Shown: in pieces, positions 24,701 through 35,500 of the stretch
Position numbering within the stretch: the first letter of the stretch is position 1
How the letters are laid out: each line of letters opens with the position of its first letter
Origin: Macrostomum lignano
Lineage: Eukaryota
DNA: 64,000 nt
NCBI GenBank assembly: GCA_002269645.1
Contig: NIVC01001481.1
Span: 186,001-250,000, forward strand
Reading direction: 5' to 3'
Position numbers and translations under genes: made by a program
The notes under the pieces: model-generated
The model's input: the letters and a program-made list of their open reading frames with translations, nothing else
The model's database searches: none
Told to the model about the DNA's origin: nothing

Positions 24701-26753
24701 CTTTTTCTTTTTCCTCATAGTCATGGCGCATGGCGCGCTATGCGCGCCATGCGCCATGACGCACAGCAGCTCACAGGTAAGATGCAAGGAGGACATCACG
24801 CGCTACATACAGCGCTGCTGAACAAGGATGAGAAGCATGCACAGGAGAAAGTCAGCAGCACGGTGGAAATTCAGCAAACTGTAAGTAAAACTTGTTTTTC
24901 TAATTTCTATAACTTTGATAATATTGCTATGGGCTATAGTATAGCATATCTCCTATCATATGTATTGATTGCTGTGTCATCTAGAATATGCATGCAAGTT
25001 AATCGTAAAATTGGAAATTGTAGTTGAAAGATCGCAGCAGAAATGTTCTTTATTGCCTCATAAACATTATAACATAGTGCCAAATGCTAATTGCTCTTAA
25101 TGTTCTCTTATAACGCAGTTGCAAGAAATAAAAAAGTAAACTAAATTTTTTTAAAAGTCTCAACAAATTTTCTGCTTTGTTTAATTATCTTTTTGATTGG
25201 TTGAGCGTACATTTATTTATGCTGACATTTAAATGTGAAAATATTCTTCGAAACACCATGCTAAATAGTTATCAGATTTGATAACCCGACCCGAGCCAAA
25301 GTGCTACAACTACTACTGAAAAAGTGTGTGGATAAGGCAAAGACAATTTTGTTTGTTCGTGAACTCTGTGTTGTTCATCACGGAGTTTCTTCATTTTGTA
25401 TTAACCGATTAGCCAAATTGAAGTAAAGGGTTTCAGTGTTCGTAATTATTTTAAGTACTCACTGATGCAATTGCCACACTATTTACATTATTTATTTTTC
25501 TTTGAATAGACCAACAATGTAACTTTGTAAGTCAAAAGACGAGTAGACTAAGAATTAAGAAATAGATACAACTACAACAGAAGGGGGCAGAAGTACAGTA
25601 CAGAACAGAGTGCAGTAAAACACAAGTGCGGTAAAACACACAACTTTCTCTCAATCTCTTTAAATCTCTCAAAAACGAGTGATGCATCATCAGAATGAAC
25701 ATGATAGAGACTGGAGTCATGCACAATATCACCTAAACCTAGAGTGCTATGGCACCCTAGGATTTGAAGATTTGAATGACACATCGTCCATACCACCTTA
25801 GGATTTGAAGATTGTCATGACGCACCGTCCAGGCCACTTTATGATTGCCATGGCGCACTAGATGCACTGTCCACAGTGTCTGAAAACTTATTCCAATAGG
25901 GCTGGCTTGTTATTATAGTGGAAAAAAGAAGGCTTTTGACGTTACTTAGGAGAATAGCGGTCCTTGGACAGCAAAGGAATAGAATAGCGGTCCTTGGGCT
26001 ACACAAGAATCAGGAATAGAATAGCGGTCCTTGGGCTACACAAGAATCAGGAATAAAATAGCCGTCAAAATGAAGAAAAGTAGCCGGGTAATCGCAGGTA
26101 AATCACTTTAAAAGTACATCGCGCTCCTCATCCAGGCGATCCACAAGCTGATGGGCCTTCGAGTCACCGCCGAAGAAGAGCTCCTTGGCGCCGACTACTG
26201 CGAGCACAACATCCGGCCGGTCAGCGAGATCCTTGTCCGCGAGCCCGTCCAGGACGACATGAACGACGACGAACGCGACGATGCCCGAGGCAAGTCGACG
26301 TCGTCGTCTCCGCCGATGCCGCGGCCGCCGCCACCCCCTCCGAGGTCCAGCGGAGGCGTCCTCGGCGTCGTCAGCAGCGAGCTGAGCGTCACCCAACGGC
26401 CATCGACGCATCACGCCATCGGCAACCACGCCGTGACGATCGGCGATGCGACCGTCGACGGCGAGGCGTCCGCGTCGAATTTCCGACGACGACGCCGAGA
26501 CGAGCTTGGCGCCGGCGAACAGAGGGACAGAGTGCTGGGCCGGCTGCAGCTGCTGGCGGAGGCTGGGCGGATGATGGGGAACGGCCTGCGCCCGCCGGGA
26601 CTCGTGCCGCCACCGCAGCCTCCGATGCTGCATCAGCACCCGCAGCATCCCCAGCAGCAGCTCAGAAATCACCGTCACTTAACTGAGGGCCAACAGCTGC
26701 AGGCATCTCAGAGGGCCGGCCAGGACAACCCTGCCTTCGGCTCCGTGGTCTGA
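18793..26753 (+). CDS. amt: Ammonium transporter (Amt family), ~625 aa; exons 18793-18976, 22089-22453, 22582-22766, 23167-23298, 23387-23463, 23554-23735, 24455-24589, 26136-26753
   Basis: Motifs DATWILTSTFIIFTMQSG/FGLLESG, FQMSFATTATTIVSGAMAER, HWVW, DIAGVGPVHLLGG, WWGWLGFNCGS, NGVLGALVAVTG, RIDDPVGVVPVHLVCGLWG, LGVQLLA and GLRVTAEEELLGAD. Both pore histidines are present. Phases 1,0,2,2,1,0,0 are all consistent, 1878 nt total. Confidence 0.93.
19149..19400. repeat. Dispersed ~260-bp repeat, copy in Amt intron 1
   Basis: Reverse complement of 35570-35835, e.g. CCAAGGCACAGTGAAGTGTACATGCCTAA and ATCCGCGCGCTTGTGTGCCTGCTCAGGGGAGTC. Confidence 0.75.
20638..20897. repeat. 40-bp minisatellite CAAGCGGCTGCAGCGGCAATCCCGAAAGCGACAGGCAAAT, ~6.5 copies, Amt intron 1
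   Basis: Direct periodicity. Confidence 0.95.
21760..22001 (-). mobile_element. 5'-truncated copy of the same SINE, in Amt intron 1
   Basis: Aligns by eye to 63551-63790, sharing GGCTGTTCAGTCCAAG, CTAATGCTGGCACC, GTGAACTGAAGCAATG, AAGTGTCTTGCTCAAGGA and the AATAATAATTGAT tail. Confidence 0.7.
22785..23080. repeat. 39-bp G-rich minisatellite, Amt intron 3
   Basis: Unit GTGAGGTGGGTGTCTGGAGTTTGGGGTAGGAAGAGCGGA. Confidence 0.95.
23805..24365. repeat. 44-bp minisatellite AAGGTAAACTATTTTCAGTAGCTATGCAACATGGATCTGTAACC, Amt intron 6
   Basis: Direct periodicity. Confidence 0.96.
24657..25901. mobile_element. 1245-bp non-autonomous DNA transposon in Amt intron 7
   Basis: Perfect 16-bp TIR CCCTATTGGAATAAGT and perfect 8-bp TSD CTGGCTTG (24649-24656, 25902-25909). 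ATGGCGCA/ATGACGCA subterminal motifs at both ends. Confidence 0.8.
25951..26064. repeat. Short 30-37-bp tandem repeat (AGAATAGCGGTCCTTGG...), Amt intron 7
   Basis: Units start at 25951, 25981, 26018 and ~26055. Confidence 0.85.
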
Positions 26754-26754
26754 G

Positions 26755-27085
26755 TGTGTGTACAGTCTTGGCCCTAAATGTACATGTACACTTGGCACTA
26801 AATGTGTACAGTCTGGCACTGTTTGTACACATGATGGAACTGAACATGTACAGCCTGACACGGTATGTACAGGTACATATTGTGGAACTGTACATGTACA
26901 GCCTGACACGGTATGTACAGGTACATATTGTGGAACTGTACATGTACAGCCTGACACGGTATGTACAGGTACATATCTTCGAGCTGTACATGTACGCTCG
27001 TACAGCCAGACACTTGGTATGTACAGGTACATATCGTGGAACTGTACATGTACAGCCTGACACGGTATGTACAGGTACTTGTGTC
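26755..27085. repeat. 48-bp TGTACA-rich minisatellite immediately after the Amt stop codon
   Basis: Unit TGTACATGTACAGCCTGACACGGTATGTACAGGTACATATTGTGGAAC. Confidence 0.92.
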
Positions 27086-27579
27086 ATCGGTCATTGGGAA
27101 ATTCTCTCTGATTCACTGAATGTGCTGAATGTGATCCACTGAAAATCACCATATTAACAATACATAAATACTATCTGATATTTTATATTATTTTATGCTA
27201 CTATATATATGCACATAGGTACATAGGTAGGCATATGATCTTTATTCGTAAAACATCTAGAATAGGAATAGAGCCTAAAGGACCTTGAACTGAAATATTT
27301 CGGATATTGTTTGCTAATAAATTCATTCGAGTCAGAATTGTCTTATTAATGTCGAGGCTGCGTCCTGCAAAATTTCCTTGTTAAAGAAAGAACTCATTTT
27401 TTAACAAATTAAATTCAAGTTTACAAAGCAAGAAAAACTGCAGCACAGATAAAACGCCAAACACCACACGGTTCGCTTATTTTTCAACCGGGGAAAAGTT
27501 ACATAAAACAGAGGTTTACCTACAAAAATGCAACAAACAGGTTCAACAACTGAACTTGCAAGCACTCAAAAAATTTCTC

Positions 27580-29385
27580 AAATGCCACCTGTCTCACCCA
27601 AATGCCACATGTCTCACCCAAATCTCACCTGTCTCACCCAAATCTCACCTGTCTCACCCAAATCTCACCTGTCTCACTCAAATCTCACCTGTCTAACTCA
27701 AATCGCACCTGTCTCACTCAAATCTCACCTGTCTCACTCAAATCTCACCTGTCTCATTCAAATCTCACTCAAGTCTCACCCAAATGCCACCTGTCTCACC
27801 CAAATCTCACCTGTCTCACCCAAATCGCACCTGTCTCACCCAAATCGCACCTGTCTCACTCGAATCTCACCTGTCTCACTCAAATCTCACCTGTCTCACT
27901 CAAATCTCACTCAAGTCTCACCCAAATCGCACCTGTCTCACTCAAATCTCACCTGTCTCACTCAAATCTCACCTGTCTCACTCAAATCTCACCTGTCTCA
28001 CTCAAATCTCACTCAAGTCTCACCCAAATGCCACCTGTCTCACTCAAATCTCACCTGTCTCACCCAAATTGCACCTGTCTCACCCAAATCTCACCTGTCT
28101 CACTCAAATGCCACATGTCTCACCCAAATCGCACATGTCTCACTCAAATCTCACCTGTCTCACTCAAATCTCACCTGTCTCACTCAAATCTCACCTGTCT
28201 CATTCAAATCTCACTCAAGTCTCACCCAAATGCCACCTGTCTCACCCAAATGCCACATGTCTCACCCAAATCTCACCTGTCTCACCCAAATCTCACCTGT
28301 CTCACCCAAATCGCACCTGTCTCACTCAAATCTCACCTGTCTCACTCAAATCTCACCTGTCTCATTCAAATCTCACTCAAGTCTCACCCAAATGCCACCT
28401 GTCTCACCCAAATCTCACCTGTCTCACTCAAATGCCACATGTCTCACCCAAATCGCACATGTCTCACTCAAATCTCACCTGTCTCACTCAAATCTCACCT
28501 GTCTCACTCAAATCTCACCTGTCTCATTCAAATCTCACTCAAGTCTCACCCAAATGCCACCTGTCTCACCCAAATGCCACATGTCTCACCCAAATCTCAC
28601 CTGTCTCACCCAAATCTCACCTGTCTCACCCAAATCGCACCTGTCTCACTCAAATCTCACCTGTCTCACTCAAATCTCACCTGTCTCATTCAAATCTCAC
28701 TCAAGTCTCACCCAAATGCCACCTGTCTCACCCAAATCTCACCTGTCTCAGCAAATCGCACCTGTCTCACCCAAATCGCACCTGTCTCACTCGAATCTCA
28801 CCTGTCTCACTCAAATCTCACCTGTCTCACTCAAATCTCACTCAAGTCTCACCCAAATCGCACCTGTCTCACTCAAATCTCACCTGTCTCACTCAAATCT
28901 CACCTGTCTCACTCAAATCTCACTCAAGTCTCACCCAAATGCCACCTGTCTCACTCAAATCTCACCTGTCTCACTCAAATGCCACATGTCTCACCCAAAT
29001 CGCACCTGTCTTACTCAAATCTCACCTGTCTCACTCAAATCTCACCTGTCTCATTCAAATCTCACTCAAGTCTCACCCAAATGCCACCTGTCTCACCCAA
29101 ATCTCACCTGTCTCACCCAAATCGCACCTGTCTCACCCAAATCGCACCTGTCTCACCCAAATCGCACCTGTCTCACTCAAATCTCACCTGTCTCACTCAA
29201 ATCTCACTCAAGTCTCACCCAAATGCCACCTGTCTCACTCAAATCTCACCTGTCTCACCCAAATTGCACCTGTCTCACTCAAATCTCACTCAAGTCTCAC
29301 TCAAATCTCACCTGTCTCACTCAAATCTCACCTGTCTCACCCAAATCTCACCTGTCTCACTCAAATCTCACCTGTCTCACTTAAA
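27580..29385. repeat. 20-bp satellite CTCACCCAAATCTCACCTGT, ~90 copies with 162-bp higher-order structure
   Basis: Direct periodicity; the marker CATTCAAATCTCACTCAAG occurs at 28201, 28363, 28525 and 28687. Confidence 0.97.
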
Positions 29386-29516
29386 TCTAATGTCCATAAT
29401 CCTCACTAAAACACTAAGTCTCATAAAAAAATTCATTCAAATTCTCTCTCATGTCTCGTTCGATCTTAAGCCGCTAAAATCAGCAATTGAAAGTGTCAAA
29501 GTACACAGTGCACTCA

Positions 29517-32500
29517 TCAAGCTTCAACCGGCGGCGGTTTAAAGTGACAACCAACATAGCAACCGTTGTCAAGTGCGTAGCGAATCAAAGCCAGCCAGCA
29601 GGGGTCGGCGGCCAGCAGGTGCGGATTGCCGACCACCACCAGCAGCCCGGCGGCTCTCGACACCGACACGTTGAAGCGGCGCGGACTGGCCAGGAAGCCG
29701 AGGCGGTGTTGCCGGTCGAAGGCCAGAAGGTCCGGCTGGCTGCGGACTGTGGACAGCACGATGGCCTGCCGCTCCTGGGGAAATTTCACCGGTATCTGTA
29801 TGCAACATTTCCTACCGGTGATTATCACCTGGGGAGACCGGATCACCGGTATCTGTATGCAACATTTCCTACCGGTGATTATCACCTGGGGAGACCACTG
29901 CACCGGTAAATATCACCTGGGGAGACCACTGCACCGGTGAATATCACCTGGGGAGACCACTTCACCGGTGAATATCACCTGCGGAGACCACTGCACCGGT
30001 GAATATCACCTGGGTAGACCACTGCACCGGTGAATATCACCTGGGTAGACCACTGCACCGGTGAATATCACCTGGGGAGACCACTGCACCGGTGAATATC
30101 ACCTGGGGAGACCACTGCACCGGTGAGTATCACCTGGGGAGACCACTTCACCGGTGAATATCACCTGGGGAGACCACTTCACCGGTGAATATCACCTGGG
30201 TAGACCACTGCACCGGTGAATATCACCTGGGGAGACCACTGCACCGGTGAATATCACCTGGGGAGACCACTGCACGGGTATCACGCCAGCAAACCCGCAG
30301 TCAGGCCGTCCCTCACCTGTCCCTGAAACTCCTCCACCGAGGCCACTCGCACATCCGGCGAGTCGGTGGCCAGCAGCATCGCCCGGATCTTCTCCGCCTG
30401 CTTCCGGTACGGCGTCACCACCCCGATGCCGTCCTCCACGTCGGCCAGCCCAGGCCAGTGGGCGAGCAAATCGATGACGTAACGCGTCACCAGCACAGTC
30501 TCGGCTGGATTAAACCAGGACGGCGAGTCGCCTTCCCGACGATCCTCACCGATAACGCCGTGGAATAGCAGCGGCAGGTGAGGATTAGGCAGACTCGGCC
30601 AGGTGAGAAACCGGTTGCCAGAGGCCGGATCAACGCACGGGATTAGCTCAGAGTGGTAGAACAGACTCGAGTACACTTGCAACAGGCCCGGGTGACTGCG
30701 GTAGTTCTGCAGCAGCTTCGTGACCAGCAGGGGGTCGTAGCCGTCGTCCGGGTAACGGCCGGGACAGCGGGCGTAGGCTGGCGAGGACTCGAGCAGGCGG
30801 TGCAGCAGCGACTCGCCAAGGCCAAACTTCTGCGCCCAGGGGGACTGGACCACCGGGCCCAGCTGCATGGGGTCGCCAGCCAGCACGACCTTTTAATTGG
30901 GGGGTAGGGGAGAGTGTCGTTTCAGGTAACACAGGTAAAACAGGAAAGAAGTGACTCTAAGACGACTCTAAAACAACAAGATGTCACGATAGAAGTCGCC
31001 AAAAAGTCAACGAGTCGCCTAAGAGTCTGCTTCTGATGTAACGGGATGTCGCGGGATATGGCAAGGGAAATTTTTCAAAAGTATCTCCGATCCCCGTGCA
31101 CCTCCTGAGCAGAGCCGTCGAGACTGGGCCAGGTCTTTGACCAGGCCTGCTGACTCCCGCTCTGCTGCACCCCCTGCTGCCTCGGCTCCGTCTCCCACGC
31201 CGCCACGCATGCCTTTCCGGAGCCCCTACCCCTCTCTGTACCTCACCCGCTACCCTGTTTGCCAGGCGTTCTACTCTATCTATCATGTACTTTTCGCGCT
31301 TCCCATCTTTTTGTCTCTTTTTGCACTGTTTTCCTGCGCTGTCCCCCTCTTCTGGTACCTACTGACGGTACTTTGTGCGCTCACCGTCACCCCATCCCTT
31401 ACTAAAACTCCCAAATGGTGACGCAAGTCTTGTGACCCCTTTTTCCCCTCGATGACTCATGCTTCAAGAGTCAGTTTGAAGCATTTTATTGCTTGCGATG
31501 CGACTCTGAGGCCGTAAGGTCATATCTGAGGCCAGAGTTGCTGTAGAATCTTCCAGGCACCCAAGCTGGCGCAACGCCTCTGGCGAAATTATCCCACATC
31601 CAGCAGCGCTGAGGCGATGCTGCCCATTCCGCTGGCTCCTGAGCACACACAAGCGCGCCAATACCGTACGCAGGCACGCACTCAAACACACGCTCACACA
31701 GGGTGTACAGCGGCCCTGGCTTTCTAATCGTAAGGCATGTACACTCTGTACACTCATTGCTTTAGGGGCGTAGATGAGAACTGATAAGAATTAGGGGGGG
31801 GGGGGGCAGACTGCTACTCCTAACCCGAACCCGACCAGCCTCTCTCACCTGCTCGCTAGCCAGACTGATAGGAAGCAACAGCTCTGGCTCGGTGGCCTGG
31901 CCAGCTTCATCAATCAGCGCGTGCGTGAAGTGGCCTCTGCGCAGTCGGAGCCCGTGTAGCCAGCCGGTGGTGACGCAGGTGGCCACCAGGACGCGGTGCA
32001 TCGCGGCTCGGCCGAGTCGATCCGGCCCGACCGACGCGGCGGCCACTGCCGGTGTCGTCACCGACTCGACGTCTTTCCGACGAGCGGCGTTGAGCCGCAC
32101 CAGCTGTCCGGCGGACACCCGGCCGGACGCGAGCAGCCGGTCGGCCAGCTGGTCAGCGGCCGAGTTGGACGGGGCGCAGACGAGCAGGCGAGAGTCGGGC
32201 AGGCGGTTGAGCAGCTGCAGGGCGCACTCGACCAGGGTGACGGTCTTGCCCGTGCCCGGCGGTCCGAACACCACGTAGGGCCGCGGGCGACGCCGGCCGG
32301 CCAGGATTCGGCGGACGGCGCAGCGCTGGCGCTCGTTCAGCCGGCTGTTGAAAAACTCCAAACTGCGGCAACATGCTTGCGGCGGTTTAACGTCGGCGGA
32401 ATCGAGCTCCGGGAAGAGGGTCGGCCAGGGCAGCGAGCTGGACGAGCCGGCCAGCGACACAGCGTGATGGCAGCGCCGGTAGCCGGTGCGGTTGACGCAG

Positions 32501-35500
32501 AACTGCACGCTGAAGGTGCACGGCGACTGGCTTGGCAGCGTCTGGGCCAGGGCCGAGTGCAGGTGCGGATGGAACTTCAGCAGAGCCTGGCTGCAGCGCA
32601 GCTCGTGCACGTAGCCTTCGTAGCCTGGGTCGGCGGGGCGCGAGTTCAGGGCCTCCAGCTGCTGAAGGCTGGCGTTGGGACGGGCCCGGACCTGCGAGGG
32701 GATCGACGATGAGATTGATAATGAGACTCGGGTGATGACATTGATGAGACTCAGGTGATGAGATTGATGAGACTCAGGTGATGAGATTGATGAGACTCAG
32801 GTGATGAGATTGATGAGACTCAGGTGATGAGATTAATGAGATTCGGGTGATGAGATCGATGAGACTCAGGTGATGAGATTGATGAGACTCAGGTGATGAG
32901 ATGGATGAGACTCAGGTGATGAGATTGATGAGACCTGATCAGGTGATGAGATTGATGAGGCTCAGGTGATGAGATTGATGAGACTCTGGTGATGAGATTG
33001 ATGAGACTCAGGTGATGAGATTGATGAGACTTAGGTGATAAGATGGATGAGATTGATGAGAATTTAGTCATGATTTGAGAAGATTACTGAGGGTTGATGA
33101 GTGCTGAGAATATTGATGCGTAGGAACCGCATAGAGAAATCACTTCAAAGCCTCAAAGCTAACAAAAAATCGGTTTCTGCAAGCAAATGAAGCCATCCCA
33201 ATTCCATAGCAACGAGTTTACCTTGTCCCCAAACAGTAGGCTGGGCCTGCCCTCGGCCAGTCCGGGCACCTCCAGCGCCAAGTACTGCCGTCCGGGCCCG
33301 GCCGGTTCCAGCATGGCCAAGTCCAGGCTGTACTGACGCAGAGACAGCGCCTCGGCCAGCTCCTCCAAGTGCAGCAGGGCGCTCAGTTTGGCCGCATAGC
33401 AACGGCCCGGCGACAGCGGCTCGGCCAGACTCGGCCAGCCGGCCAGAAGGCGCCGCTCGATTTCCGCTTCGTCGTCGTCTTTGTTGTCGTCTCCGTCGCC
33501 GTCGCCATCGCCGGCGCCCAGGATGAGGCGGGCCATGGACGGCGGTGGCTGGTGCTGGCCGAGGCGGTGCGGCAGCCGGATGGTCTCGGGGCCGCGGGCC
33601 GGCCGAACACCGGGCAGGACTCGGGCGGAGTCGACGTCGCCGGTGTCGTAAATCTGGCTGTCGAAGCCGGCGACGTGTCGGCGAGCGCCGCGGCCGAAGC
33701 TGGCGTACGGCCTCGGAGTTGTTGCCGATGACGCCGCCGACTGCAGAGGGCCCGAGTCGCAGAGCGGATCGGCGACTGTGACTGTGAGCGACAGACCGAC
33801 TGAGAACTCGGCGAATTCCACGATGCACAGCTGCGTGTCCGTGCCGGGCAGGCGGCAGAGGCAGCGGATGAGCATCTGGATTGAGGAGGATAAGGGGGCG
33901 GATGAGCATCTGGATGGAGGATGAGGGGGCGGATGAGGATCTGGATGGGGGGATAAGCGGGCGGATGAGCATCTGGCTGGAGGATGAGAGGGGGATAAGC
34001 ATCTGGATGGGGGGATAAGGGAGCGGATTAGGGGCGGATAAGGGGGCGGATGAGGATCTGGATGGAGCGGAAAAGTAGGCAGATGAGGATCTAGATGGGG
34101 CGGATAAGGGGAGGATGAGGATCTAGATGGGGCGGATAAGGGAGGATGAGGATCTGGATGGAGGATGAGGGGGCGGATGAGGATCTGGATAGGGGGATAA
34201 AGAGGCGGATAAGGATCCAGATGGGGAGGATAAGGGGGTGGATGAAGCTCTGAATGGGGCGGATAAGGGGGCGGATGAAGCTCTGAATGGGGCGGATAAG
34301 GGGGCGGATGAGGATCTGGATGGGGCGGATGGGGATCTGGATGGGGCGGATGAGAATCTGGATGGGGATGGGGGCGATTCAGGGGGCGGATGAAGCTCTG
34401 AATGGGGCGGATAAGGGGGCGGATGAGGATCTGGATGGGGCGGGTAAGGGGGCGGATGAGGATCTAGATGTGGAGGATAAGGGGGCGGATGAGGATCTGG
34501 ATTGGGCGAATAAAGGGGCGGATAAGGATCCAGATGGGGAGGATAAGGGGGTGGATGAGGATCTGGATGGGGAGATAAAGGGGCGGATGAGGATCTGGAT
34601 GGGGCGGACGAGGATCTGGATGGGGCTGATGAGAATCTGGATGGGGCTGATGAGAATCTGGATGGGGCTGATGAGGATCTGGATGGGGATGGGGGCGATT
34701 CAGGGGGCGGATGAAGCTCTGAATGGGGCGGATAAGGGGGCGGATGAGGATCTGGATGGGGCGGCTAAGGGGGCGGATGAGGATCTGGATGGGGCGGCTA
34801 AGGGGGCGGATGAGGATCTGGATGGGGCGGCTAAGGGGGCGGATGAGGATCTGGATTGGGCGGCTAAGGGGGCGGATTAGGATATGGATTATTAAATTAT
34901 TTTATTCAAAATAATTAAATTTCTCAAACCTCCACAGAATCGCCAGGAGAAACAGTCAGCCTCGCATCGCCCTCTTCCTTGACCACACAGAACTGGTCAT
35001 TGGTAGTCGAGTCTACCCGAGCGCCAAGCCACACAATAGGCTCATCTCCCGCATTTGTAATGGAGACTTTGCGCTCCAAATCTGAGCCCAGGCTTGCCCG
35101 ACTAAAATTACAAATAGGCGGCTGAAACTGGACACCGGCAGCGTGAGGATCGGTCAAGGAGCTGCCAGCAGACACCGTCAACAGGTGGGATTCGTGTGGC
35201 ACCATGGTGCCGAGGTCCCACATCTGCGACCAGGTGTTGCCAGTCTGGGCCTGGTCTTCTTCGCCAAGATGGACAACCACAGCCCGATAGTTGCAAGTGC
35301 GGCTCTGGGGCGGGATTATGTTGAGCGGTTATCGATTCATTATTTAATTACGGCATCGTCTTAAAATGACAAAAAACTCGTTTTCTCCTACTAACAGTAG
35401 ATTAAGGACAAGCGAACATCGTTATTCGTTAGGATACGTATTTTATTAATTGCAAATGAAGACAGTCAGTTTAATAGTAGAAGAGAGAGGGGTTTCATGA

